Shown: positions 29,135 to 41,660, counted from the first letter of the stretch. The stretch is 64,000 nt of DNA from an uncultured bacterium (GCA_963749495.1 CAVVMW010000006.1:480001-544000), one strand, 5' to 3'. The notes: generated by a model from the sequence alone, not told the origin. Translations and numbers: made by a program.

Positions 29135-29774
29135 ACGGCGGAGGGAGCAAGACGTAGCTCGGAGCAGAGTAGAGCGTCCGGCCTTGGGGCGCCAGATACC
29201 TGGCGACCAGGGCTATCTTGTCGGTGCGCGGCTGATCTTTGCCCCAGGCCAACGGGAAGAGATAGCCCGTGCCCACGGTGGTCCTGAAGGTGTAAAGGGC
29301 CAAGTCTCGAGCCGGATAGGACCACACGTGCCGGCAGCGGTTGGTCTGGTCGAAAGCATCCCTGACCAGGCCCTCGAACATGAGGATCTGCACGGTCCCA
29401 TCCCGGATCGGTTGCGTCTTGGGGAGGTGGTAATCAACGGCATAGACCTTCACGGGAATACCGTTGACGCCAAGCTGCGATTGCAGGTTGACCGCGACGG
29501 GGCTCGTGACCAGGTCCAGCTCATCCAGGTGCGATGCGGAAGAGGCGACGGAGGCCGACGGGGCGGAGGTGCCGCAGCCCGAGAGGAGGAGGACGAGGGA
29601 CAGGAGTAATGAATGACGAATGACGAATGACGAATGACGAATCAGAAGGGACCTAAGGGACCCAAGGGACCTAAGGGACGAAAGGACGCCCGCCTCGGCA
29701 GACAAAGGCGTGCGCAGCCTGGCCAGACAAGCATGTCCGCGGCCCCATCCGCTTCTGGATTCGTCATTCGTCAT
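29133..29774 (-). CDS. Predicted lipoprotein at the end of the T2SS operon (candidate pilotin/accessory); N-terminus built from repeats
   Basis: LLLSLVLLLSGC lipobox followed by about 145 aa of beta-rich sequence; directly downstream of the secretin. Confidence 0.65.
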   Translation of the reverse strand: MTNDESRSGWGRGHACLARLRTPLSAEAGVLSSLRSLGSLRSLLIRHSSFVIRHSLLLSLVLLLSGCGTSAPSASVASSASHLDELDLVTSPVAVNLQSQLGVNGIPVKVYAVDYHLPKTQPIRDGTVQILMFEGLVRDAFDQTNRCRHVWSYPARDLALYTFRTTVGTGYLFPLAWGKDQPRTDKIALVARYLAPQGRTLYSAPSYVLLPPP

Positions 29775-29790
29775 TCGTCATTCGTCATTT
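29608..29790. repeat. Inverted (AATGACG)n/(CGTCATT)n arms enclosing an (AAGGGACCT)n array
   Basis: aatgaatgacgaatgacgaatgacgaatgacgaatc ... aagggacctaagggacccaagggacctaagggac ... gattcgtcattcgtcattcgtcattcgtcattt. Confidence 0.88.
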
Positions 29791-32700
29791 CCCACCCTTC
29801 TTGTCGTTGGGGAGGGCGACCGGAGCGTTGGTTTTATTCTCGGGGAAGAGGGGTTCAAGGATCCGGCGCTCCATGCCCTGGGTCCCGAAGCTCTTCTGGA
29901 TGGAGGAGTTGTCCAATTGCTCGCGGGTGACGGAGAGGGCGGAGTTGGTCGTAGCCATCGCCTGGCCATTGATGAGGACCTGCGGGGTCAGGAGGATGAG
30001 CAATTCGGTGCGAATGGTCGTCTTGACATTGCTGCGAAAGAGGGCGCCCAGGAGGGGAATCGAGCCTAGAACGGGGAAGCGTTTGCTGTTGAGTTCATCG
30101 GAGGTGCTGATGAGGCCGCCGATGAGAATAGACTGGCCGCTCTGAACGGTGACGACCGTGCTGGCGGTGCGCTGGTTGATGATGGGGATATTCACGCCGG
30201 AACTGACGTTGACCGTGGCCGCGCTCAACTGGGTCACTTGCGGGTTGACGCTCATTTTGACAAAGCCATCCGGGCTGATGGTGGGAGTCACGGTCAGGGT
30301 GACGCCGACATCCTGCATGGCGTAAGTATTGGCGGTGTTGCCGGTCAAGCCGATGACCTGGCTGCCGTTGACCACCGGGACCTGCTGGCCGACCTTGATC
30401 TGGGCCTGCACGTTGTTGAACAGTCAGGATCTGGGGACGGCTGAGCACCTGGAGGCGGTCCTCGGTCTGGAGGGCGCGGAACAGGAAGTTGAAGTTGTCG
30501 CCCGAGATAGCGGAGCCGAAGCCGCCGAAGTTCTTGAGGGCATCGGCCACGCCGAAGTCGGTGCCGGTCTTGGTGCTGGGATTGCCGCCGGAGCTGTAGG
30601 TCCATTCGACGCCCAGTTCGTCGCCCTTGGTGAGGGTGACCTCGGCCAGGAGGACCTGGATGAGGACCTGGCGCTGAGGCTGGTCCAGTTGCTCGACCAG
30701 TTCCTTGATCTGGGGGAAGTTGCGCGGAGCGGCCGAGATGAGCAGGGTGTTGCTGTTGGTGTCGGCCACAATGGTCGGCCGGCGGTCGAGCAGTTCCTGG
30801 GTCATGACCTGGGCCCCGAGAGCGGCCACGAGCAATTGCGCGTCTTGGCTGAAGAAGTTCTGGAGCGAGGTCTGGACCAGCAGCGCCTGCGAGTTCTTCA
30901 CACGATAGACCTCGTACTTGCGTTCCTGGGCCGGGCTGGCATCCAGGGTCTCGATGATCTCCGTGGCGAGGTCAACATAATGTTCGGTGCCCCCGACGAT
31001 CAGGCTGTTGCTGCGCAGGTCCACCGCCACCGTCAGCGCATTCTCTTCCGCCGTTCCGATCACGGCCGAGGCGCCAGCCTCGTCCGGGCCCGCGCCAAAA
31101 GGGTCGAATTCGGCGGTGTCTCGGACCATGTTGTATTGGATGGTTCGGTTGTTGCTGGTGGGCTGGCTGGCGGACTGGCCGAAGGTGGATTGGAGATGGA
31201 AGAGGCTGGTCAGCACGGTCATCATCTGCCGGGCGTCGGCGCTCTTGAGGGCGAACACCTTGATGGTGGCGACCTGCGGTGAAGCGGCATCGAGCCGGGC
31301 AATGAGCGGCTGGAGCAGTTTCATGTATTCGACCGGGGCGGCGATGACCAGTGCGTTGGCCCGTATGTCCGGGGCGATGAGGATGGCCTCCTTGAGGGCC
31401 GAGGCGAGGAGGTCCTTGCCGTCCTGGGTCTGGCCGACGAACTGGAGCAGGGCCTGGCGGCTGGGGCTTTGGTTGTTCAAGGAGGTCGGCTTGGTATTGA
31501 GGATGGTGGTCAGGATGGTGGTCAACTGCGCTGCCCGCGCATTGGTGAGCGCGAAGATGTGGATTTGATCCACCTGCGTCACCTGGTCGGTGTCCAGTTT
31601 CTTGACCAAATCGGCAATGCGCCGGATATCGGTCTGGCCGCCGGAGACGATGACCGCATTGAGGCGCTCGTCAACATTGGCGGTGACGGGCGAGACGGAG
31701 CCTGGGCCGCCGGAGCGGTACAAGGTCGTGATGGTCGTGGCGACCTGGCGGGCGTCGGCTTTGACCAGGGGCATGACTTGCACTTCCATCCCGGACTCGG
31801 GCTGGACGTTGTCCATTTGGGAAATGAGCGACTCGACCATGAGGAGGTCGTCCGGGGTGGCGCCCACGACGAGCTCATTGGCCCAGCTATCCTCGACAAT
31901 CGTGATCGGGTCGGGTGTCTCGCCGCGTATCGTCGGCGGGCGCTTGGCGAACAATTGAGTCAAAGTGGACGAGAGCTTGGCGGCCGTGGCCTGCTTGAGC
32001 GTGAACACCTTGAAGCTGGTCCGGGCCAGGACTTGCTCGGCGTCCAGTTGGGAGACCATCCGCTCGACGGCCGCAAAGACCTCGCGCCCGCCCGTGACCA
32101 GCAGTGTGCTGGTCCGGTCATCGGGCGTGACGGTGACGGGCATGCTGCGCTCGGTGGTCCCGGCGGCCGACTCACCGGAGCGTTTGGCGCTAAAGAACTG
32201 CTGGAGCACGGTGGCCAACTGCGAGGCCTTGGCGTGCTTGAGCTGGAAGAGGCGGATGTCGGCGGCATCCGTATAGTTCTGCGAATCGATTTGCTTGATC
32301 AACTCCCTGACGACCATGAGGTTCTCTGGACTGGCGGAGATGATGAGGGTATTGGAGCGCGCATCCACTGTGACCGCGATGGCATCGCGGGCGGTGCGGC
32401 GGGAGCCGGCGGCCATCATGCCCGGCCGATAGACACCCTGGTCGATGAGCGAGCGCAGCATGGTGGCCGCCCGCTGGGCGTCGGCCTGTTTGAGCGTGAA
32501 GGTCTGGATGAGGCCCTCCTGCGCCACCGGCTCGACATCGAGCTGGGTGATGAGGTTGCGGGCGATGTCGAGGTTCTCGCGGTTGGCGGAGATGATGAGG
32601 GCGTTACTGAGCGGATCGGCCTCGACATAAACCTGGTCCTGGGGCATCGGCGGCTGGCCTGGGGCGACGGTGCTCTGGCGGTGGGCGGCAAACACGCTGG

Positions 32701-35700
32701 TGAGCATGGCGGCAACCTGGGACGAATCGTTGTGCCGCAGGCCGATGATCGTAATCGAGACGGCGGGATTCTGGGGCTCGCGGTCCAGCTTTTCCAGCAG
32801 CACGTCCAGCACCCGGTTGTCCTCGACGCCGGCGGACACCAGGAGGCTGTTGCTGCGCGGGTCGGGGATGATGACCGGCCGGTTGCGCCGCGCCTCGGGC
32901 GAGCGCGCGGCCTGGGCGCGCTGGCTGAAGAGGGTGGTCAGCGCCAGGCTGAGCGTCTGCGCCGTGGCGTGCTGGAGCGGCACCAGGCGAATCTGCCCGG
33001 CCAGGGACACGTCCTCCTGGTCCAGGTGCTCCAGCAGGTTGGTCACCATGGTAAAGACTGTTTCGTTGCCCGCGACAATCAGCGAGTCGGTCCGGTCGTC
33101 CACGGTGACGTTAGGCCGCTCCTCGGGCCGCATTTTCGAGAAACCGGGCCCCTGGTAGAGCTCGGTGATCAATCGCTGGAGCGTGGCGGCGTCGGCATAC
33201 TTCAACGGGAAAACCCGCACGTGGGCCATGGCAGGGACGGTGTCCATCATGGCGATGACGGAACTCAGGGCCTTGAGATTGTCGGCGGTTGAAACCAGGA
33301 CCAAACGGTTGGCGCCCTCCTGCGAGCCCTGGAGCGGGTCGGCCAGGATCTTGATCGGCTTGGTCAGGTCCAGGATGATCGGTTCGCCCTGTTCATTGTG
33401 GAGCTTCAAGCGGCGGACCTGCTCCTGGAGTTCGCGCGCCTCGACGGTCACTTCGCCCTGGGTCCCCGGCCGGAGCATGCCCTGAAGGATGCCCGCAAGC
33501 TGGGGGGCATTGGCGTTCTTGAGTTGACAGAGCAGCACCTCGGCCTCCGCGTAATTGGCCGCGGCATCCAATCGCTTTATCATCGCCTCGATTTGGTCGA
33601 GCACGTTGCTGCGGGCGACCACGAAGATGGCCTGGCCTCTCGGGTCGGGCGCCACGGTCACCGGCTCGCCGGGGCGGGCCATGCGGAATTGGGTCATGAC
33701 CTGGGTGAGCAACGGCTGGAGCTTCTCGGCATGGACATTCTCCAGCGGCACCAGCCTGAAACCGAGCTGGGCATTGAGGCCCGCCACATCGAGTTGCTTG
33801 AGCAGCGGCTCGATGAGCGAAAAGTCGTTGGGATGAGCGCGCACGATGATGCTGCGCGTGCGCGGTTCGGCCACGACGAGAATCCGCGCGGGCGGCGCCG
33901 GGATGACCGGTTGTCCGGGCGCTTGGGCCTGGGCGGCCCTGCGGCCGCCACGGCCACCGCCGCCGCCGCCGCCCAGGGCCGGCTGGCCCTGGTCGGGACG
34001 AAACAGCTCGTTAAAGGTCCGGGCAACCACGATCGGGTCCGCCTCGGAGAGCGCGTAGATGCGCAACTCGGTGTCGTGGCTGGCGGCGGAGCGTGTCAGG
34101 TCGCGGATGATGCTCTGAATCTGGTCCAACTCGTGTACCGGCCCGGACAAGAGCAAGGCATTGGAGGCCTGGTCCACCGCCACGACGACCTCGGGAAAAA
34201 AAGGGGCGGCCGAGGGCGGGTTGGCGGCGGACAGGGCCTCCATGGCGGCCCGCGTGTCGTTGGTGAGCGAGGCCGGCGCGTTGCTGCGGGTAATCGAGAT
34301 GGGCGCCATCCTGAGAACGGTCTTGTCCTTGGGCCGGGGAGGGAGGCGATCGACGAGCCTGATTTCACCCGTGGCAAGTTGCGAATAGACATTGGTGAGC
34401 ATGGCCGCCATCTGCGCGGCGGGCACTTTGTCCAGGGCCACCATGCGCACCTGCAGGGTGCGATCCACGGCGGCCTCGTCGTAGCGCCGGATCATCTCTT
34501 CGATGGTGGGGAAGTCCTCCTGCGGCGCGATGACCGTGAGGGTGTTCGAGTAATAGTCCGCCTCGGCGCTCACACGCTGATCTCTAGGCCGGTCCGAGAA
34601 GAGGGCCTCCAGTTTGGAGGCCAGTTCGTAGGGGTCGGCATTGACCAGGGTATAGAGGTTCATGCTGCGGTCGGGGCGTTTGGGGGCCGTGTCCAGGGTC
34701 GTGAGGAGCTTTTCGATGATCTTGAACGACTCCGGGGCGGCAGAGATGACGAGGCTGTTGGAGCGGTCATCCACGGCCATGGTCACCGGCACCGTTTGCG
34801 TGGCGCGGCCGAAGCGGGACTGGCTGCGGGTGAGGGCCTCGAGCATCTGTCCCAGGACGCGCGAGACCTGCTGCGGGTTGCCGTTCTGGAGCCGGTAGAT
34901 GTGAAACTCGATGTCGCCGTTGGAACTCTCCCGGTCCAGGTCCTGGATGATCTTCAATATTTCTTCCACCTCGGAGGGCTGCCCCTCGATGATGAGGCTG
35001 TTGGAGGACATGATCGGTGTGATGGTAGTGCGCCGGGTCTTGTTGCGCGTGTCCCGGCCTTCCAGCGCCTTGTTGACCGCCTCGGCGACGGCCTCCGGCT
35101 TGGCCTTGCTCAGGTGCACCGTGCGGATGGTCGAGGAGGGGTCGGTCCTCTCCTTGTCCAGGCTGGTGATGAGTTGTTCGGCCAGGCGCAGCTTGTCGGG
35201 CGGGCCCTGGAGGACGACGGCGTTGAGGGCGGGGGCCGTGGCGATGCGCAGCTTGCCGTAGTCGGTCACGGCGCCCATGGTGTTCACGAAGGCGCCGCGC
35301 GCACGGTTCGGATTGGGCGGCGCCTCCTCGTGCAGCATCGTGTCCAACAACTGCACCATCTGGTCCGGGTCGCAGAACTTGAGCCTGAATGTGCGAATCT
35401 CGGTGGCCACCTCGACCGAGGCGCGGAGTTGTTTGATCAGTTCATCGATCTGCGTGAATTGCTCTTTGGTCGCCGCGACGATCAGGGTGTTGGAGGCGGT
35501 ATCGGCCTCGAACCGCGGCTGGGTCACCGGGCCGGGCCCTTTCTTCTGCCAATCCTGCCGTTCGGCGAAGAGCCGGGTGAGGCTGGCGACCATCTCGGTG
35601 GCCACGGCGCCGGTGAGTTGGTAGGTGCGGACCTCGAAGGCGCCGCGCGTGGGTTCGGCATCCAGCGTGAGGATGACCTCCTCCAGGTGCTGGAGCAGCG

Positions 35701-38645
35701 CGACGGGGGCCTCGACGACCAGGTTCCGGTCATTGGCGCCGGCGGTGACGATGACGCGCAGGCGCGGGTTTTCGGCGCGGAACTGGCGGCTGTAGAGTTG
35801 CTGGAGCAGGGTGGTGATCCAGGAGGCCGAGGCGTAGTTGAGGCTGAAGGTCTTGAGCTGGCGGTCGGATTGGTCCGGGGCGACATCCAACTGCGCGGCC
35901 AGGTCCTGGATGAGTTTGTGCTGGGCGGCCGTGGCCGTGATGATGAGGCGGTCGTTGTAATCGTCGGGCAGGATCATCGCCTCCAAACCCGACGCCTCGG
36001 GGAGGCTCCTGGCCTGGTCCTGATAGAGCGGCCGCATCTTGGTGACCAGTTCGCTGGCCGGGCATGCACTTGACCTGGATGATGCGCATCAGGCGCTCGG
36101 CCGGCTGGTTGGAGTCCAGTTGCTTGAGCAGGTTGTCGATCACCTTGAACATGTCGGCCGTGGCGGAAATGATGAGGCTGTTGGACCGCTCATCCACGGC
36201 CACCGTGGTTGGCGGCTCCGGGTCAACCCGCCCCCTGACGGTTTTGCTGCGGGACAGCGTATCGAGCATCTGGTTGAGCGTCCGCGAGATCTCGCCGGCG
36301 TTACCCTTCTCCATGTGGTAGATGTGGAATTCGATGGTGGCGCTGGAACTCTCCTCGTCGAGTTGCTGAATCACCTGCATCACCTCTTGGACCTCGGCGG
36401 GCGGCCCATCCACCAGCAGGGTGTTGGAGGCGCTGACCGGGAGGATCAGGCTCTTGCGGGTTTGGCCGGGCACGGTGCGGCCCTGCAGAATACGGGAGAC
36501 CGCCTCGGCGGTGGCTTGCGCCGGGGCCTTCTTGAGGCGCACGGTGTGGAGGGTTGACATCGATTCGACCTGCTCCTTGTCGAAATCATGGATGAGCATC
36601 TCGGCCACGCGCAACTTTTCCGGCGGACCTTGGATGACGATGGCATTGAGGGCGGGAGCGGTGGTGATGCGCACCTTGCCGACCTCGGCGATGGGCCCGC
36701 CGCCCAAGGGGGAGTTGCGGTAGCGGCGGTATTGATTGGCCGGCGCCGGACTCTGATCCTGGAGCATCGTCACCAGCAACTGCATCATCTGGCCGGGGTC
36801 GCTGTACTTGAGCGTGAACGTGCGGACCTCGGTGGCCACTTCCACCGAGGCGCGCAGTTCCTTGATCAACTGATCGATCTGGTCGAACTGCTCTTGGGTT
36901 GCCGCCACGATGAGCGAGTTAGAGGCCGGGTCCGATTCGAACTGGGGCCGTCCGGCGCCGGGGCCACCCCGGCCCGGGAGGTTGGAATAAAGCCGGGACA
37001 GCGTTTGGGCCATGTCGGCGGAATTGGCCTCGGACAGTTGATAGGTGCGCACCTCGATCGGGCCTTTGGTCGGCTCGACATCCAGCACGGCAATCGCCTC
37101 CTCCAGGCGCTGGATCATGGCGGGCACGGCCTCGATGAGGACGGTCCGGTCGTCATTGGAGGCGGCCGCCAGCACTCGCAGCCGGGGGTCATCCATCCGG
37201 AATTGCCGCCCATAGAGCTGCATGAGCATCTGGGCGATGGAGTTGGCCGAGGTGTATTTCAGGGTAATGGCCTTGATCTGGCGGCCAAAAGGGAGCGCCC
37301 CGCCCTCAGAACGGTTGGTGCGGCTGCCACGGTCGGTCGCGCCATCTCCATCGAGGCGTTGGACCAGCTTTTCGATCTCCTCCAATTGGCTGGCGGCCGG
37401 CGCGGTGACGATCAGACGGTCGCTGGCCAGATCCACGATCAGGTGGGCCTTGGTGGCTGAGGACGCCGCACTTTCCCCCTCGGCCGCTACCGAGGGCATC
37501 GCCTGGCGCAGCATCCGCGCCATCGCCGTCGCCGAGATGGATTGCGGGGTGAAGATCTTCACCTCGCCCGCCTGCACGCCGCTCTTGTCCTCGAACTGCT
37601 TGATCAACGTCTCCGCCAGGCCGATGCGGTCGGCCGGGCCGAAGAGCACCAGCGTGCGCGAGGCCTCGTCGAACACCGCGGTGACATAGTCGGTGGGGTC
37701 GGCCGGGATCTGATGGTAGGTCTTGGTCTGCTGGTTGAACTCGACCCGGCGCGGGGCGGTGGCGATGCCAAAGGTGCGGTTGATCATGTCCACCAGGACG
37801 ACGCCGGAGGCATTGCGCAGGGTGAAACTGCGCATCTGCCGCTGGACCGGCGAGGCGGTATCGACTGCCGCCAGGAGGTTCTGGATGCGTTTGATGTTGG
37901 CCAGGTGATCGGTCACGATGAGGCCGCGCCCGCGCGAGAGCGGCGCGATGGCGCCCGCGTTGGAGAGCATCGAGCTGATCGACTGCGCTATCTCCTGGGC
38001 ATCCAGGTTTTGGAGCGAGAGCACCACCGTTACCACCTCGTCCGGCTGCACATCATCGGTCTTTTCCACACCGCGAAAGATGCGCAAATTCATTTGCGGC
38101 AAGTCCTTGAGCGGGACCAGCCGCAGGTAGCGGCCCGATTCCATGAGCATGACGCCTTTGAGCGAGAGGACGATGTTGAGCGTTTCGAGGGCCTCGGGAT
38201 AAGTGTAAGGCTTTGGGTCGTTGAAGGAGAGGGTCCCGTCGATCTTCGAGTCGGTGATCAGCGGCTTGTTCACCATCTGGGCGAACCGCGTGACCACGTC
38301 CATGTAGGGCAGGCCATCGAACTGGAAGCGAATGTTGTGGTCCTCCAGCTTGAAACCATTGGTCCCCGTGGCCGGGTCGGTGGCGAGGGCCGCCACGGCA
38401 TTGGTGGCTGGAGCGGCGGGTTCGGTGGCGGGTGCCGCCACGGCATTGGCGGTTGGCGCGGCCGGGACGGCAGCCGGAGTTGCGTCCGGGGCCACGGCAT
38501 TGGTTTGCGGCTGCGGATTGGCGCCGCCCGCGCTCTCCGCCGCCATGCCAAGGCCGGCGCCCAGGAACAACAGGCCTGATGCGATCAGCGCTGTCCCGGA
38601 GGGACAGTTGATGAAACTTAATAGTGTCCGATTGGTCAGGTTCAT
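29785..38645 (-). CDS. gspD: Giant type II secretion secretin (about 2,950 aa; N0 + about 29 Secretin_N repeats + secretin domain), split by frameshifts near 36065 and 30418
   Basis: Joins ORFs 35730..38645, 30095..36037 and 29785..30411. Signal peptide, N0 (IRFQFDGLPYMDVV), repeated (V/I)xxxxLKxAxAxxxxxxL...DxRSNSLIV...LD units, LDQPQRQVLIQVLLAEV, VLSRPQILT, DVGVTLTVTP, FPVLGSIPLLGALFRS, TELLILLTPQV. Confidence 0.9.
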
Positions 38646-38665
38646 AACAAACTCACTTTAAAAGG

Positions 38666-39640
38666 TCATGGTCGCTTGAGTTGGGCCGGGAGCTGCTCCG
38701 GGGCGATCTGGTATTGGGTGGACAGCGTCTGGCCGTGCTCGACCGCCCAATAGTTGGTTCCTATCTTGAGCACCACTCGGCTGTTGGAGAAGAGGCCCGG
38801 CTGGCCCGGCATCGGCAGGGTCCGGTAATCGATCATCACCACTTGCCCCCCGGCCAGGGTGTCGCCCGCCTTGAAACTGGAGATCTTCATGCTGCCCTGA
38901 TCGCAGACGTGGACTTCGGCCAGGCCCTGCCACTCGGAGAGGGAGACGACCCTCAAGGCATCCAGGGGGGAGCCCTGTCCGGAGGGGGGCGGGTCCGGGG
39001 CTGCCGGCTTGGGGATGTAAGGGCGGAGCAGGTCGCGCATGACGATGCCATCATAGGCGCGGCGCTGCGGACTATCGAGCGCGAAGTTGGGCTTGAGGTC
39101 CGCTTTGGGGGTCTGCCCCGCGACCTCGATTATCAGCGTCAGGTAGCGGAAACGGACCCGGACCCAGCCCGGGCGCTCGCCGGCCGAGAGGGCGAGGTTC
39201 TCCAGCCGATGGACCTGCGGGGTTTGCTCGAGCACGAAGAGCAGGTCGACCACCTTCGAGAGCGGGCCTTCGCCCTGGACGCTCCAGCCCACTTCCTGGG
39301 CGCCTCCCATCTTGCGCGGCCCCACCGGCATGCGGCTGAATTGCGCTTCCTGCAGCCCCAGCAGCACGATCTGGTCGGTGAGCATCTTGCCTGCCGCCGC
39401 CGTGGCGGTGTCGGCGTCACGCCCGAACACGCGCGGCGCCAGGCCCTTGAGATAGTCCTCCGCCACAGCACAGGCCCGCCGCTCCTTGTCGAGATGGTCT
39501 AAGGTGGCCAGCAGGACGTCGGTCTTGTCCTTCAGGCTCTTGAGCGGCTTGGCAAAGACGCTCCGGACAACGAACACGCCCGAAAAGAGCGCGACCACCA
39601 CGCCCACGGTCAGCAGCAGGTTTTTCTCGCGCTGCTTCAT
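38666..39640 (-). CDS. T2SS inner-membrane platform protein (GspM/PilO-like N-terminus with extra C-terminal domain)
   Basis: MKQREKNLL + TM + coiled coil + GEGPLSKVVDLLFVLEQ..VHRLENLAL ferredoxin-like signature; position between L and D. Confidence 0.6.
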   Translation of the reverse strand: MKQREKNLLLTVGVVVALFSGVFVVRSVFAKPLKSLKDKTDVLLATLDHLDKERRACAVAEDYLKGLAPRVFGRDADTATAAAGKMLTDQIVLLGLQEAQFSRMPVGPRKMGGAQEVGWSVQGEGPLSKVVDLLFVLEQTPQVHRLENLALSAGERPGWVRVRFRYLTLIIEVAGQTPKADLKPNFALDSPQRRAYDGIVMRDLLRPYIPKPAAPDPPPSGQGSPLDALRVVSLSEWQGLAEVHVCDQGSMKISSFKAGDTLAGGQVVMIDYRTLPMPGQPGLFSNSRVVLKIGTNYWAVEHGQTLSTQYQIAPEQLPAQLKRP

Positions 39641-41660
39641 GGCCGCTTGCGCTTTCGTTTCGGCTCGGTCGGGCCGGGGTTCTCTGTCGGACCGGCGTTG
39701 CTTGAAGGCGCTACTCCGGGGGTCGCGGGCTGAGGGTTGAGCACTGTTCCAACCTCGCGGTCTGCGCCGCTGGGTCCTGGCGCCACTGCGGGGGGGCCGG
39801 GCGGACGCTTGAGGGCTGCCCCGGAGTCGCGGCCTGCACCGCTTGCTTCCGGCATTACTGCAGAGGCGCGGGAGGCACGCTTGGGGGGCTCGAGCGAGCC
39901 GTCATCGGCCGGCCGCTCCGGCGCTTTCAACGCCACTGTATTGGTTTTGAGCTTGTCCGGCAGTCTCAGCTCGAGGCTGGACGCGAAGCCGTAGCCGTAG
40001 CGGTCCGAGAAAGGAGTGACCGCCAGCGGTTTGAGGTCATAGCCGGCCTCGCGCAGGCGCTTGTCGATCTGTGCCAGGATCTCTCCGCTGCGCGCCTGGA
40101 TGGAGAGGTGCAGCACACCGCGCGAGCCAGTCAGGACCGAGCTGGCATAAACATCGGTGCAGCCGGGCAGCAAGGCATTCAAGTAGGCGTAGTGGTCGAG
40201 CCAGTCCCGCTTGTCGAGCACCCAATCGTGAACAATCTTGGCCCTGAGCCGCATGTCGCGATAGACGTTGCGGTTCTTGGCCACCTGGTCGATCCGGGCC
40301 TGGATCCGGGCCATGGCCTTGCGGCGTTGGTGGATTAGGCCGGCGCGCAGCCCCCAGGCCGCGAAGAGCAGCACCGCCACGGCCACGCCCGCGCGGATGA
40401 GCAGCGTGCGACGCCGGTTGCGGGGCGCCGGGGGGCGCTTGGGGTGCAAAAACTCAAACGGCCAAGGCTTCTCATCCTGCGCGCTCAGGGCCAGGCCGAG
40501 CACCGTCAATGCCCCTGCCCCGTCCTGCGCGACATCCTCCTGCGCCGCAGCCAGGATGCCTGCGTCACCACCCAGCGCGCTCAGCGGATTGACCAGGCGG
40601 CAGGGCAGATTGCAGCGTTGCGCCAGCGCATTGACTATAGCCCCTTCCCGCCCGCTGGCGCCGGCGACCAGGATTTCCTCGACCGCCTCGTGGCGCTCGG
40701 GGCCCCGTAGTTGTGCAGGCTGCGCACGACCTCGATGAGAATCGTGTCGAGCAGGCCGGCCTCCAGGCCCGGAGCCGGCGCGGCTGTGGCAGGCGATTGG
40801 TCCCGAGAGACCCGCGGTTTGTTCCGCTCGAGCGCCGCCCCCGGCTCCGGCCCGGCCTCAGACGCCGCCACCGCCTTGTCCCGCCCTAGCGGCGCCGTCC
40901 GGCTGAAGGCCAGCGATTCACCGGCAATGACGTCGATGAGGACCTCCTCTTGTCTGAGCGACACCAGGGCAACGGTCCGGGGCCTGTTCTCCAGGCGGCA
41001 GGCGGCCAGCCCGCGCAAATTGGCATAGGAGTCCAGGCCCAGCGCGGCCAGCCTGAAGCCGGCGGCCTCAGCCGTGCGCCGGCAAAGCTCGACCACGTCC
41101 TTCTTTACGACGGCAACCAGCAAATCGAGCACGGCAGGGGCAGGCGAGGGCTCCGCCGGAGGTTGCTCGCCAGGACCAGTTGGCAGCGCCGGAGGAGCGG
41201 CCGGGCCGGGACGCTCGTCAACCTGGAAATCGATGACCGCGTCCTCGGGCCGGAAAGGCAGGTCCTTGCTGATTTGAAAATAGACCATGGCCGCCAGTTC
41301 TGCGGGCGTTGCGGGCTTTGGCAGCGAGAGTGTCCGCAGGAAGACCAGCCCCCTGGGAATGCCCATGACCACCGCGCCCGGCTTGAGCTTGAGCTGCTGG
41401 AGGGCCCGGGCCAGCGAGGCCCCGGCGGCTTGCGGATCGAAGTCCGGCTCTGCCAGTCCCATCGCGCCATCGAGCCGCTGGGCCGCAAACTGGACGATCT
41501 CGGCCTTGTCCCCGCGGCGGGCCGCTTGGGCGGCGCGGAGTGTGGGTCCGTCCCAGTCCAGCGCAATAATCGGCCCCCTGGACTTGATCGGGAAGGCCGG
41601 GCGCGCGCTCCACCGGGCCTGGAGTCGTTCGGCTGGTTTGGTCAGGTCGAGTTTGATCAC
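39637..41660 (-). CDS. GspL / PilM-PilN-like fusion (frameshift near 40700)
   Basis: GTG 41660 overlaps the gspK stop; IIALDWDG, LRTLSLP, LPFRPEDAVIDF, LLVAVVKK; after a shift in a G/C run EILVAG...LGLAL...FEFLHPKRP + TM + PilN-like domain. Confidence 0.75.
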
